From a virus, in the IMG/VR virus record IMGVR_UViG_3300043411_002794, positions 1 through 64,000 of that record: 64,000 nt of DNA. One strand, written 5' to 3'. This document shows positions 46,282 to 53,921 of the stretch, piece after piece. Position numbers and translations under genes: made by a program. The notes below the pieces were generated by a model. The model searched no databases and was not told the DNA's origin. It saw only the letters and a program-made list of their open reading frames with translations. The first letter of the stretch is position 1. The number at the start of each line of letters is the position of its first letter.

Positions 46282-47792
46282 AGGAAAGATCTCGTCATTT
46301 CGGCTTGGCCAATTTGTCGCTTACCCTGGTCCCAGTCCTGATCCCACTCCAGTTCCTTGTAGGTTCCATAGCGGGACTTGGAGCGACGCAAGAAGTCGTC
46401 GTCCCAGTAGTCGATCGTGTCGATCACCTGGCCGTACTCTTTGCCGTCGTGCAAACGAGAGGCACGACCAGGGCCCTGGGTATCCAGGATTTCCGAACTG
46501 CGGGCATCGGCCCGCACGACGGTCTGCAGGGCGGTGAAGTCGACGCCGGTCGCCCAGACGTCAGTGGCGATCACTCGCTTGAGCTGTTGCTGTTCGAACG
46601 CGAGCTGCATGTTGTAGCGCACTTCCGACGTCACATCGACGAAGTGCTGCGGCAACATTCCCGTCGCCTTGTAGTTGTTGAATTCCTCCGGCTTCATTTC
46701 CGCATAGCACAGCGCGAAGTCTTTCAACTCCTGCCACAGGTGCACGGCATGCTCAACGGTCTCGACCAACACGAGCACCTGCTCGTCGGCCGGGATCGTA
46801 CGAACCTCGTCGGCGATGATCCTGTTGCGGAACGCATTTCGCCAGATTCCCCATCGCTTCTGTGCCGTGTCCTTCTTGCCCTTCGCCGGATTCTTGTCCA
46901 TGCGAATCGGCAACCAACGTACGCGGATCGGAACGACCAACCCGAGACGCACGGCCTCGGCGTAGGACATCTCGAAAAGCAACGGGCCGAACAAACCTTC
47001 CAACCGGACTTCGGCTCCATCCATCCGACCGAACGGCGTGGCGGAGAACCCGAAGTTACGGCTAAACCGATAAATCTCGGCCAGCTTGTTGGCATAGTTG
47101 TCGGTCACCAGCTGGTGACATTCATCGCCAAAGAGGAAGTCGGCGTCGCCGTTGCTGCGATGCACGCTATCGGCCGTGATAACCATGACGCGCCCCCACT
47201 GGGCCTTTCCGCCGCCCAGCATCCCGACGCTCGGCAAGTACTTCCGCAGCTGCCGCATGATACGACTGGCCACGGCTACCTGCTTCACAACGATGTGGAT
47301 GTTGGCATACGGATAGCGAAGCGCCATGGCGCAGATCAGCGAGGTCTTACCGAAACCGGTCGGAGCCTTGATGACCCCGCCGCGGTGGCGATCCATCGTC
47401 TCCACGCACTCCTGCTGCCGTGCCCGGTACTGCAGCACCTGCTCGATGTTGTTGGCAAACAGCTGGAAGCGATTCGGTCGATGATGATCGGCCGTCAGAT
47501 CGAGCTCACGGACATGGTGCCCGAGCGAACGAAGCTTCTGTACGATCGACTGTGCGAAGCCGGCCGCACAAGTAAAGCGGCCTTCGTCCAAACGATAGAG
47601 CGTCCGTGTCTGCAGCGAGACGGGGCGGTAGACGCCCTCGGGGTTGGCGTACGCTGCGCGGCCGCGAAGAAAAGTTTTATGGGTGTAGGTCAGCCCTGGC
47701 GCCAGGGCCGAGACTATCTCGGGAGGAAGAGGATTCTTTCCGTCCGGCGAGACGTCGATGAGATTTGCGCTGCGACGAATAAGAATGTGCAT
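46278..47792 (-). CDS. superfamily 2 helicase (UvsW/XPB-like)
   Basis: APTGFGKT, DECH, GFSAT, ATDVWATGVD and QGPGRASR; start MHILIRR. Confidence 0.9.
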   Translation of the reverse strand: MHILIRRSANLIDVSPDGKNPLPPEIVSALAPGLTYTHKTFLRGRAAYANPEGVYRPVSLQTRTLYRLDEGRFTCAAGFAQSIVQKLRSLGHHVRELDLTADHHRPNRFQLFANNIEQVLQYRARQQECVETMDRHRGGVIKAPTGFGKTSLICAMALRYPYANIHIVVKQVAVASRIMRQLRKYLPSVGMLGGGKAQWGRVMVITADSVHRSNGDADFLFGDECHQLVTDNYANKLAEIYRFSRNFGFSATPFGRMDGAEVRLEGLFGPLLFEMSYAEAVRLGLVVPIRVRWLPIRMDKNPAKGKKDTAQKRWGIWRNAFRNRIIADEVRTIPADEQVLVLVETVEHAVHLWQELKDFALCYAEMKPEEFNNYKATGMLPQHFVDVTSEVRYNMQLAFEQQQLKRVIATDVWATGVDFTALQTVVRADARSSEILDTQGPGRASRLHDGKEYGQVIDTIDYWDDDFLRRSKSRYGTYKELEWDQDWDQGKRQIGQAEMTRSFL

Positions 47793-47846
47793 ACGTCCAC
47801 CGTATTTCGTATCCGGAAGACTTGCACACCCCAACAGCTTGCGCTA

Positions 47847-48407
47847 TCATTGTGAAGTCGTTCCATTGGTGCCAGCCGATTGGAAGCCACAGGGGTCTTG
47901 CGATGCCGGTCGCAAGACCCCATTTTTTATGCGCTGTTCTTCCGAGAAGACTCGGCGTCCCAACGCGGTAATTTCAAACGTACCGTACTTCTCCCGTTTG
48001 TCGTGATAGGGCGAGAAGCCTCGCTCTTTCCCGATAAACGTCAACAGTCGATGGAACGCCGGCAGCTCCATCTCCTCGGGCAACTTAGCGTGCACTTGAA
48101 TCGTGCTGCCGGGCTCGAACTGCTCATGAAACACAAAGGCCTGCGGACCAGCGGCCGTCTTTCTGCGATACGACTGCGTGGACGGAACCCCGTGAATCAC
48201 GAGATCCCAAGCAACGCGATCGACCATCCCTTGACAACTGTTCGTCGTCATGGCGGCGTACCGCAATAACGACTCCCACTGCTCAGGAAGAAAGATGATT
48301 TGCCGCTGCGCGTTGCGGAGAAAGCGAAACCAAGCCCCTTTGCCGCGGCGCTCTCGCACAGTCCCTAAACAAGGGAACGTGAATTCGAGCGTAGCGGTGA
48401 CTTCCAT
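47847..48407 (-). CDS. stand-alone Cas7/RAMP-like protein
   Basis: N-terminal strand MEVTATLEFTFPCLG and C-terminal Gly-loop LLTFIGKERGFSP...KYGTFEI fit the RAMP (RRM-fold) pattern. Confidence 0.55.
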   Translation of the reverse strand: MEVTATLEFTFPCLGTVRERRGKGAWFRFLRNAQRQIIFLPEQWESLLRYAAMTTNSCQGMVDRVAWDLVIHGVPSTQSYRRKTAAGPQAFVFHEQFEPGSTIQVHAKLPEEMELPAFHRLLTFIGKERGFSPYHDKREKYGTFEITALGRRVFSEEQRIKNGVLRPASQDPCGFQSAGTNGTTSQ

Positions 48408-48458
48408 TTCTCAACTCCGAGCGCGGTCGGCCATCCTAGCTTCGTGCCATATGGCGTG

Positions 48459-49388
48459 TCAAACAGTAGTCGCGAACTCCGCGAGGTGCGACTTATAAGC
48501 CGTGAGCTCATCATCAGTTTTGAAGATTCTAGTCGGATCAAAAACATCAACCTGCTGTCGATTGAGTCCCTGCAGCCAGGTGTAATTCAGGAACGACAAG
48601 AACATTTGTGAGGCCCGCAGATCACCCCGCGCGCCGCGTCCGGCAGCATGCCAGATGCGCCACAAGAAATGCCCGGGGATTTGCATCTCAGCCGCGGAAG
48701 GCGGTTCCCGGTGCTGCCATGCTGCTAGCACGCAGAAGTTGCGTCGCGACTGCGCATCAATCACCAGCGACGTTGACGACGAAACCTGGGCCTGTTGCTG
48801 CACGTCGAGCCCCATGAACCGCCGCAACTTGTTGGTACGGTAAGGAGTATCCGAAGCAACATACCAACGCGGATCGCGAATCGCCGCCACCACGTGTGCG
48901 ACGAAGTAGGGATGCAGATCCTGCAGAAAACACAGCGAGGACCATGCCGGATGCCGTCGCAAGAGCTCGAGTCCCGTGGCGTCCAAGTCACCCGCATTTT
49001 CACGTAATCGTTTTGCCAGGGCATAGGTCACGTAATCTCCGGCAGTCATCGTATGCCAGCCGCCTAGTGCCGGCGGCAACGAACACTGCCGCATCCGAAA
49101 CAAAGCAATCTGCGGATTCTGCAGCTCGCGACGCGTGCTGCAAAGCAACGGACTAGCCACCTCAAAACGAGCCACCGACTGACCCAACTGCTGGTAGAGG
49201 CCTACCAGCAGGTCCACGTTGCCCTCGGTGCCGAGCAGACGAATACTGCGCGGCCGGGTGAATAACGGCCCAGTCACAAAATTGTGTGACGGCATACGAG
49301 ACGAACACGGCGACCGCGTACCGTCGGAGTACCACACGATGCCGTCCGGCGCCGTGTGAATTTTAAGCGTAAGTTCTTCGGCAATCAC
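48459..49388 (-). CDS. IS110/Nop-domain-like protein, RuvC catalytic residues apparently lost
   Basis: HPAW...AHVVAAIRDPRWY...KLRRFMGL and RASQMFLSFLNYTW match the Transposase_20/Nop pattern; N-terminal LKIH where IS110 has GID. Confidence 0.55.
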   Translation of the reverse strand: MIAEELTLKIHTAPDGIVWYSDGTRSPCSSRMPSHNFVTGPLFTRPRSIRLLGTEGNVDLLVGLYQQLGQSVARFEVASPLLCSTRRELQNPQIALFRMRQCSLPPALGGWHTMTAGDYVTYALAKRLRENAGDLDATGLELLRRHPAWSSLCFLQDLHPYFVAHVVAAIRDPRWYVASDTPYRTNKLRRFMGLDVQQQAQVSSSTSLVIDAQSRRNFCVLAAWQHREPPSAAEMQIPGHFLWRIWHAAGRGARGDLRASQMFLSFLNYTWLQGLNRQQVDVFDPTRIFKTDDELTAYKSHLAEFATTV

Positions 49389-49406
49389 GGGTACGGCGCT
49401 CCGTAA

Positions 49407-51617
49407 TTACAGGGAGATGACGTGGTCGAACAGCGGCGCGAGTTCTTCTTCGTGCGTGACGATGATCACCTGCAGGCCGCGATCGGCCAGGATCCCGCGT
49501 AAACGGTCGAACACCGGGGCAAATGCGGCAATCGCCTTCTTGTCGAGATAGGCGGTTGGCTCGTCGAGGAACAGTACATCCAGATTCTCAGCGAACTGGA
49601 CGGCGGCAGCAATCCGGAACAACCAGGCAAGCAGGGTCTTCTGCCCGCCGGAAAGCCGTCGAGCACCCTGGCGGCGGCCGTCGTGAAAGAGGGCTGAGAA
49701 GTTCAGCGAGTCGTCGGCCATGACGGTAAACGGGGCGTCGCAGATCCGGAGCAAGTCGTTCAGCTCGCCCTCGGCCCGCTGCAAACGGGTCTGCAGCACG
49801 ATCTTTTGCGATTGCTTGAGGGCTTCCTGAACTTCCGTGCCTTCCTGGATCCAGTTACGCATCCGGTTCGCCTCAGCAATCCGCTGCGACATCCGTTGCG
49901 ACTCGGCCAGCAGCTGCTCGACCTGCGGCCGCAACCCGGCTACCCGCGTCGAGCAGGTCACGTGGAGCTGCTGCTGCGACGTACGCTGCATGATCCGCGT
50001 GGCGGCCGCCTGAGCCTCTTCCGGCTTCGGTGCGTTCAGCCAACGCTGCGTAAGGGCCTGCAGCTGCTCCTGCTTGGCCGCTATCGATCCTTCCGACTTG
50101 GCGACGCGTTCTTCGATCGTCGAGATCTTGGCCCGTACCTGAGTCAGCATCACCGATGCCTCGTCGTAGGTCTTGATCTTGGACTGCCACTCCACGGCGT
50201 TGCCGTCGACCGGCGTCAACGTCTGCGGCGACTGAAGTTGCGTCCGCAGCGTCTTGAGTTCGCTTTCACGCACGGCATTAGCCTGCGACCAAGCCGCGTG
50301 CGCCTGCTGTTGCTGTACCCGCTTCGCCCGGGCCTGCTGATAAGTCGTAGTAGCGGCTAGGTATTGATCTGCAGCCTGTTGAGCAACAGCCCGCAACTCC
50401 GTAAGCTCGGCCTGCAGAGTAGCCAGTTGCTGCGACTTACCCGGGATTCCGGCCTCCACCTTGGACACGGTGTCCGCGATGTTGGTCGTAGGAGTCCGGC
50501 ACGTCGGGCACTCGGCAATCCCGGTCAAACGAAACTGCGAAACATACGACTGATCCTTGAGGATCTCGGCAGTAATAGCCGCAATCGCATTGCCCAGCTC
50601 GGCGACGCGGGGATTCGTTTCCGGCGGCTTCGGCGCCTCCGGTTCGGCATCGACGGTCGGTTCGGGTGTACCGCTCCGCTCCAGCACGGCAACACGGTCC
50701 TGCCATTGCTGCCGCTGCTCCAGCACTTGCTGGTAATTGCGCAAGTTGATGATCGCCGCCCGAATCGCGTCCACGTTCTGGCGTTCCGCGGTGATCATGT
50801 TCTCCAGGCTAAGCGCCGCCGATCGCAGTTCAATCAGCGAGGACTTGTCCGGAAAGATCGCTGCGGTGAGCTGGCTGATCTCCATCGCCAAGGCGTCCTG
50901 CTGCCCGGTGGCGGCAAGATACCCGGCATAAGCATCTACGATCTTTTGATCGGCAGACTGGGCCGTCGCGAAGTCCGCGATCGAATCCACTACCGCCAGT
51001 TGCTGCTCGGCCTGCGCCAATTCAGCTTGCTTCTGCTGCAAATTAAGCAGCAGCGTATCGAGGTTGCCCTGCGTCTCCGCAGGCACCTGCAGCTTAGAAT
51101 CGTGGTCGGCGATCGCCTTGATGCAGCGGGCCGCGTGCGTCGTGTCGAACAGCTGCTGAAACAGCTTCAGCCGTACCTCGGGCTGCTCGGCCAAGAACCC
51201 GAAGATATCTTCCTGGGCCACGAGCATAAAACGATCCACGAGCTTCGGATCAAGCCCATACAACTCGGCCAGCTTAGCGGTGACCTTCGTCTCGCCGGCC
51301 GCCGCCAGGACGCCGTCGTACTGTAGCGTCGCTTGATCCGTGTCGGGACGGAGGCTGCGGTACAACTCGAAGTTGTGTCCGCGCTTGGTCATCTTCATCC
51401 GCGCGTTCGCCCGTTCGTGCGGCGGGGCGAGCTGGTAGATGTTTTCCTGCTTGGTCCCGAAGTTCGGGTTCAAGCCGGTCCACAGCCATTTCACCGCCGC
51501 CTGGATGTTTGACTTACCGGACCCGTTCGGCCCGATCAGGGCCGTGATTCCAGGCCCGAATTCAAGCACACGGTGACTGTGCTGGCACCAATTGACCAGC
51601 GTCAACTCCGTAATCAT
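49407..51617 (-). CDS. sbcC: SbcC/Rad50-like ABC ATPase (gp46-like)
   Basis: GPNGSGKS, coiled coils, CPTC Zn hook, LSGGQK, FLDEP and IIVTH. Confidence 0.93.
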   Translation of the reverse strand: MITELTLVNWCQHSHRVLEFGPGITALIGPNGSGKSNIQAAVKWLWTGLNPNFGTKQENIYQLAPPHERANARMKMTKRGHNFELYRSLRPDTDQATLQYDGVLAAAGETKVTAKLAELYGLDPKLVDRFMLVAQEDIFGFLAEQPEVRLKLFQQLFDTTHAARCIKAIADHDSKLQVPAETQGNLDTLLLNLQQKQAELAQAEQQLAVVDSIADFATAQSADQKIVDAYAGYLAATGQQDALAMEISQLTAAIFPDKSSLIELRSAALSLENMITAERQNVDAIRAAIINLRNYQQVLEQRQQWQDRVAVLERSGTPEPTVDAEPEAPKPPETNPRVAELGNAIAAITAEILKDQSYVSQFRLTGIAECPTCRTPTTNIADTVSKVEAGIPGKSQQLATLQAELTELRAVAQQAADQYLAATTTYQQARAKRVQQQQAHAAWSQANAVRESELKTLRTQLQSPQTLTPVDGNAVEWQSKIKTYDEASVMLTQVRAKISTIEERVAKSEGSIAAKQEQLQALTQRWLNAPKPEEAQAAATRIMQRTSQQQLHVTCSTRVAGLRPQVEQLLAESQRMSQRIAEANRMRNWIQEGTEVQEALKQSQKIVLQTRLQRAEGELNDLLRICDAPFTVMADDSLNFSALFHDGRRQGARRLSGGQKTLLAWLFRIAAAVQFAENLDVLFLDEPTAYLDKKAIAAFAPVFDRLRGILADRGLQVIIVTHEEELAPLFDHVISL

Positions 51618-52492
51618 CGAGTCTCCATGGAGATATTTCGTAAAGGTTTGTGATAACCGCCGACTTCACGTTCATCGACAGTCAGCGTTTTGACGCACCA
51701 TTCCTGCAACTGCATTGCACGCGCCCGCTGCGGATCGTATTCAAAGTTGTAGTCGCACTGCTCAGTAAGAAACACGGCGACCTTGCGGGGCAGCGCCGGT
51801 GCCGCCCCACTAAACAAAACCGACGGATCCGTACGCTGGAAACAACTTCGACACTGCCCGTCGACGTACCAACCGCCGCACCGACCGCAGAAAGAAAAGT
51901 TGATCCGCGGTAACTCGCAGTCAAGTTGCGCAGACTCTTCGTTGTACTTCACGAGAGTGACAATCGAATTATCCAGCACCTCGCAAAGCGGGTTGTGGTC
52001 GGCCATCGTCAAAATTGTGGCCCAGTTTTCGCGAAGCGCACCAAACACGGAACGGACGACGGCACCCTTCTCGCCCATCAAGCAGAAGTTGGCTGTCGAT
52101 CGATACCGGGGCGGCGGCTCGGTTGTCGGGCTGTACTCGTCGGCTGCCTTAGCCTGCGCATAATCCGGCGAGTTCGGCTGCAACAAAAAGTGCGAATCAC
52201 CAGGACCGGGCAAGGTATCCAACCAACGGGCGCCGGCGAAGTACATGCTGCGCATCTTCCAGTTCAGCGCTTCGCGAATGCAATACCGACAAACGACACC
52301 GCGGAACAATGTCCCCGGTCCGTAAAAATACGTCACCCGCCCGGTAGTCTTGCGAGTCTCCGGATCCAACAGACGAACAATCTCGTCGTCGGACAGCTGC
52401 GGTGCAATTCGCCGAATGTCCGCATGGCCCGGCCCATAAATTACGCCGGTACGTTCCGGCGGATTTAAGCTGTAGTCTGTGGTGTCTGGCAT
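51614..52492 (-). CDS. hypothetical Zn-binding protein
   Basis: CRYC and CGRC...CRSC; sits between sbcD and sbcC; start MPDTTD. Confidence 0.65.
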   Translation of the reverse strand: MPDTTDYSLNPPERTGVIYGPGHADIRRIAPQLSDDEIVRLLDPETRKTTGRVTYFYGPGTLFRGVVCRYCIREALNWKMRSMYFAGARWLDTLPGPGDSHFLLQPNSPDYAQAKAADEYSPTTEPPPRYRSTANFCLMGEKGAVVRSVFGALRENWATILTMADHNPLCEVLDNSIVTLVKYNEESAQLDCELPRINFSFCGRCGGWYVDGQCRSCFQRTDPSVLFSGAAPALPRKVAVFLTEQCDYNFEYDPQRARAMQLQEWCVKTLTVDEREVGGYHKPLRNISMETR

Positions 52493-53565
52493 GTGTCCCG
52501 TTCGTACTGCGCGTATTGTTCTTTCGTCTCGGCGTCCGGATCCGGTGACGCCAACAAACGGGCGCACCGCTCCTGCACGCGCGGGTTCAAGCTGACGACG
52601 CGCACGGCGGCCGCCAGTGACTCCGTCGTACTGGGCGGCAGTTCCCGTACGGCGATTTCCATCTCCATCTGACGCGGAATACGCTTCCAGAAAAGATGGC
52701 AGTTCCCGCTCGCAGCCTCGGTGAGCCGCGAGTACACATCCGGAACATCTTCATAGAAGATGATACGAACAAGCGGCAGCAGTTGCTGGTCGCAATGCTC
52801 AGAGATCGTCAGCCCGCTCCGCATGAACGTACAAAGCTGATCCAGTTCTGCGGCCGCACTAATCGTGAACTCGAAGTACGGCCGTGTACGCAAATAGATC
52901 GGCGTCGGATCGGTCATCGCCGTGTCGAGCAGGAACACGCACTTCTGCGGCGGCTCGGCAATGTTGCGCATATGCGTCGAGCCGGTGGAAAGAACCTTCA
53001 TCCGCTGCCCGGTCTTACCGACGGCTTCCTTGATGTAGGTGTCGTGATAGTCGCCAGTGAGTACCCAACCGGCGTACGGAACATCAACAAACGCTCCGTC
53101 CGTCTTACCGACGCCCATCACGTCCGACCACACCTCGTGGCAAAGCAGCACGGACGTATCCGGCGAGATCTCGTCGAGAGCTTGCTGCAACTCGATGCGC
53201 GGCAGCCAGTCCAGGCCGTACACGACGCTGTCGCCAAGCTGCTGGCTACGGCGATTCATATGCGTCGGATGCCCGTGCACCAACAACCACGGCGTCACGC
53301 GGTCCAGTTCGTGCTGACCCTGAATCACCAACACGGGCAGCCCTGCTTCCTGCATTCTGTCCATTTGCCGACAGAAGCATTCCACGGAGCGGGGGTCAGG
53401 ACGTCGCTTCTCGAAGACGTCGCCTAACAAGAACAGCGGCAACTGCATGCCGATCGCAATATCGACGACCTGTGCAAAAGCACGGTAAGCGTCCCCGTCA
53501 ATTTCCGGTCGATCGACCCAAGCACCTGGGGAAAGGTGCGGGTCGCCGCAAACGATTGCTCGCAT
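52465..53565 (-). CDS. sbcD: SbcD/Mre11-like metallophosphoesterase nuclease (gp47-like)
   Basis: GDPH, LGDVF, GQHE and GDYH motifs. Confidence 0.9.
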   Translation of the reverse strand: MRAIVCGDPHLSPGAWVDRPEIDGDAYRAFAQVVDIAIGMQLPLFLLGDVFEKRRPDPRSVECFCRQMDRMQEAGLPVLVIQGQHELDRVTPWLLVHGHPTHMNRRSQQLGDSVVYGLDWLPRIELQQALDEISPDTSVLLCHEVWSDVMGVGKTDGAFVDVPYAGWVLTGDYHDTYIKEAVGKTGQRMKVLSTGSTHMRNIAEPPQKCVFLLDTAMTDPTPIYLRTRPYFEFTISAAAELDQLCTFMRSGLTISEHCDQQLLPLVRIIFYEDVPDVYSRLTEAASGNCHLFWKRIPRQMEMEIAVRELPPSTTESLAAAVRVVSLNPRVQERCARLLASPDPDAETKEQYAQYERDTCQTPQTTA

Positions 53566-53581
53566 GGGTTTCTAATTACCT
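53566..53581 (-). repeat. dispersed motif, copy 5 (AGGTAATTAGAAACCC)
   Basis: Exact match forming the entire gap: TAG-GTAATTAGAAACCC-ATG(sbcD). Confidence 0.9.
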
Positions 53582-53921
53582 ATGGGTTGAAAAACCCCGC
53601 GATATACGCGGCAGTTTCCTTAGGACCAAACAGTTGGTAGCCCTCCGGGACAAATACTGCGTCAGGGCAGTCCGGATTATGGCAGAACGGGCACTGATGT
53701 CGCCCGCGTCGTACGCGGAGCCGCACGTCGTACGCCGTCTTGGTCAGCTTGGCGTCGAACTCCGCGAACAGCGGCTGCATGCCGTTGACGATGCGGACCC
53801 CGGTCGGCCAGGAGAACGTGTTCAGCTTGTCGGCACGGATCCGCCCGACCTGCCGCAGCAGCACGTGCATCCGTGCCTCGGCCTTCTTGTAGAGTTCGTC
53901 AAACAGTGCTTCCGCGTCCAC
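53580..53921 (-). CDS. hypothetical protein (113 aa) with CPFC-x3-C
   Basis: GTG 53921 with GAGGT upstream; overlaps the hldE end. Confidence 0.55.
   Translation of the reverse strand: MDAEALFDELYKKAEARMHVLLRQVGRIRADKLNTFSWPTGVRIVNGMQPLFAEFDAKLTKTAYDVRLRVRRGRHQCPFCHNPDCPDAVFVPEGYQLFGPKETAAYIAGFFNP

Noticed and set aside
39450-47792. Inteins or introns in polA, primase, dnaB or the helicase
   Set aside because: Motif spacing is normal; no C...HN splice junctions, LAGLIDADG motifs or frame breaks were seen
47967-47980. Near-match to the dispersed motif (GGTAATTTCAAACG)
   Set aside because: Only 11/14, and explained by the coding of YGTFEITA; other GGTAATT partial hits (e.g. near 57356) also diverge after 7 nt
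48459-49388. Active IS110 insertion sequence
   Set aside because: No non-coding ends, catalytic Asp not visible, and tight operonic packing
47793-49406. CRISPR, TIGR or short-period guide array near the RAMP and Nop genes
   Set aside because: Gaps are only 18-55 nt and I saw no repeat-spacer or periodic pattern here or in other intergenic regions of the window
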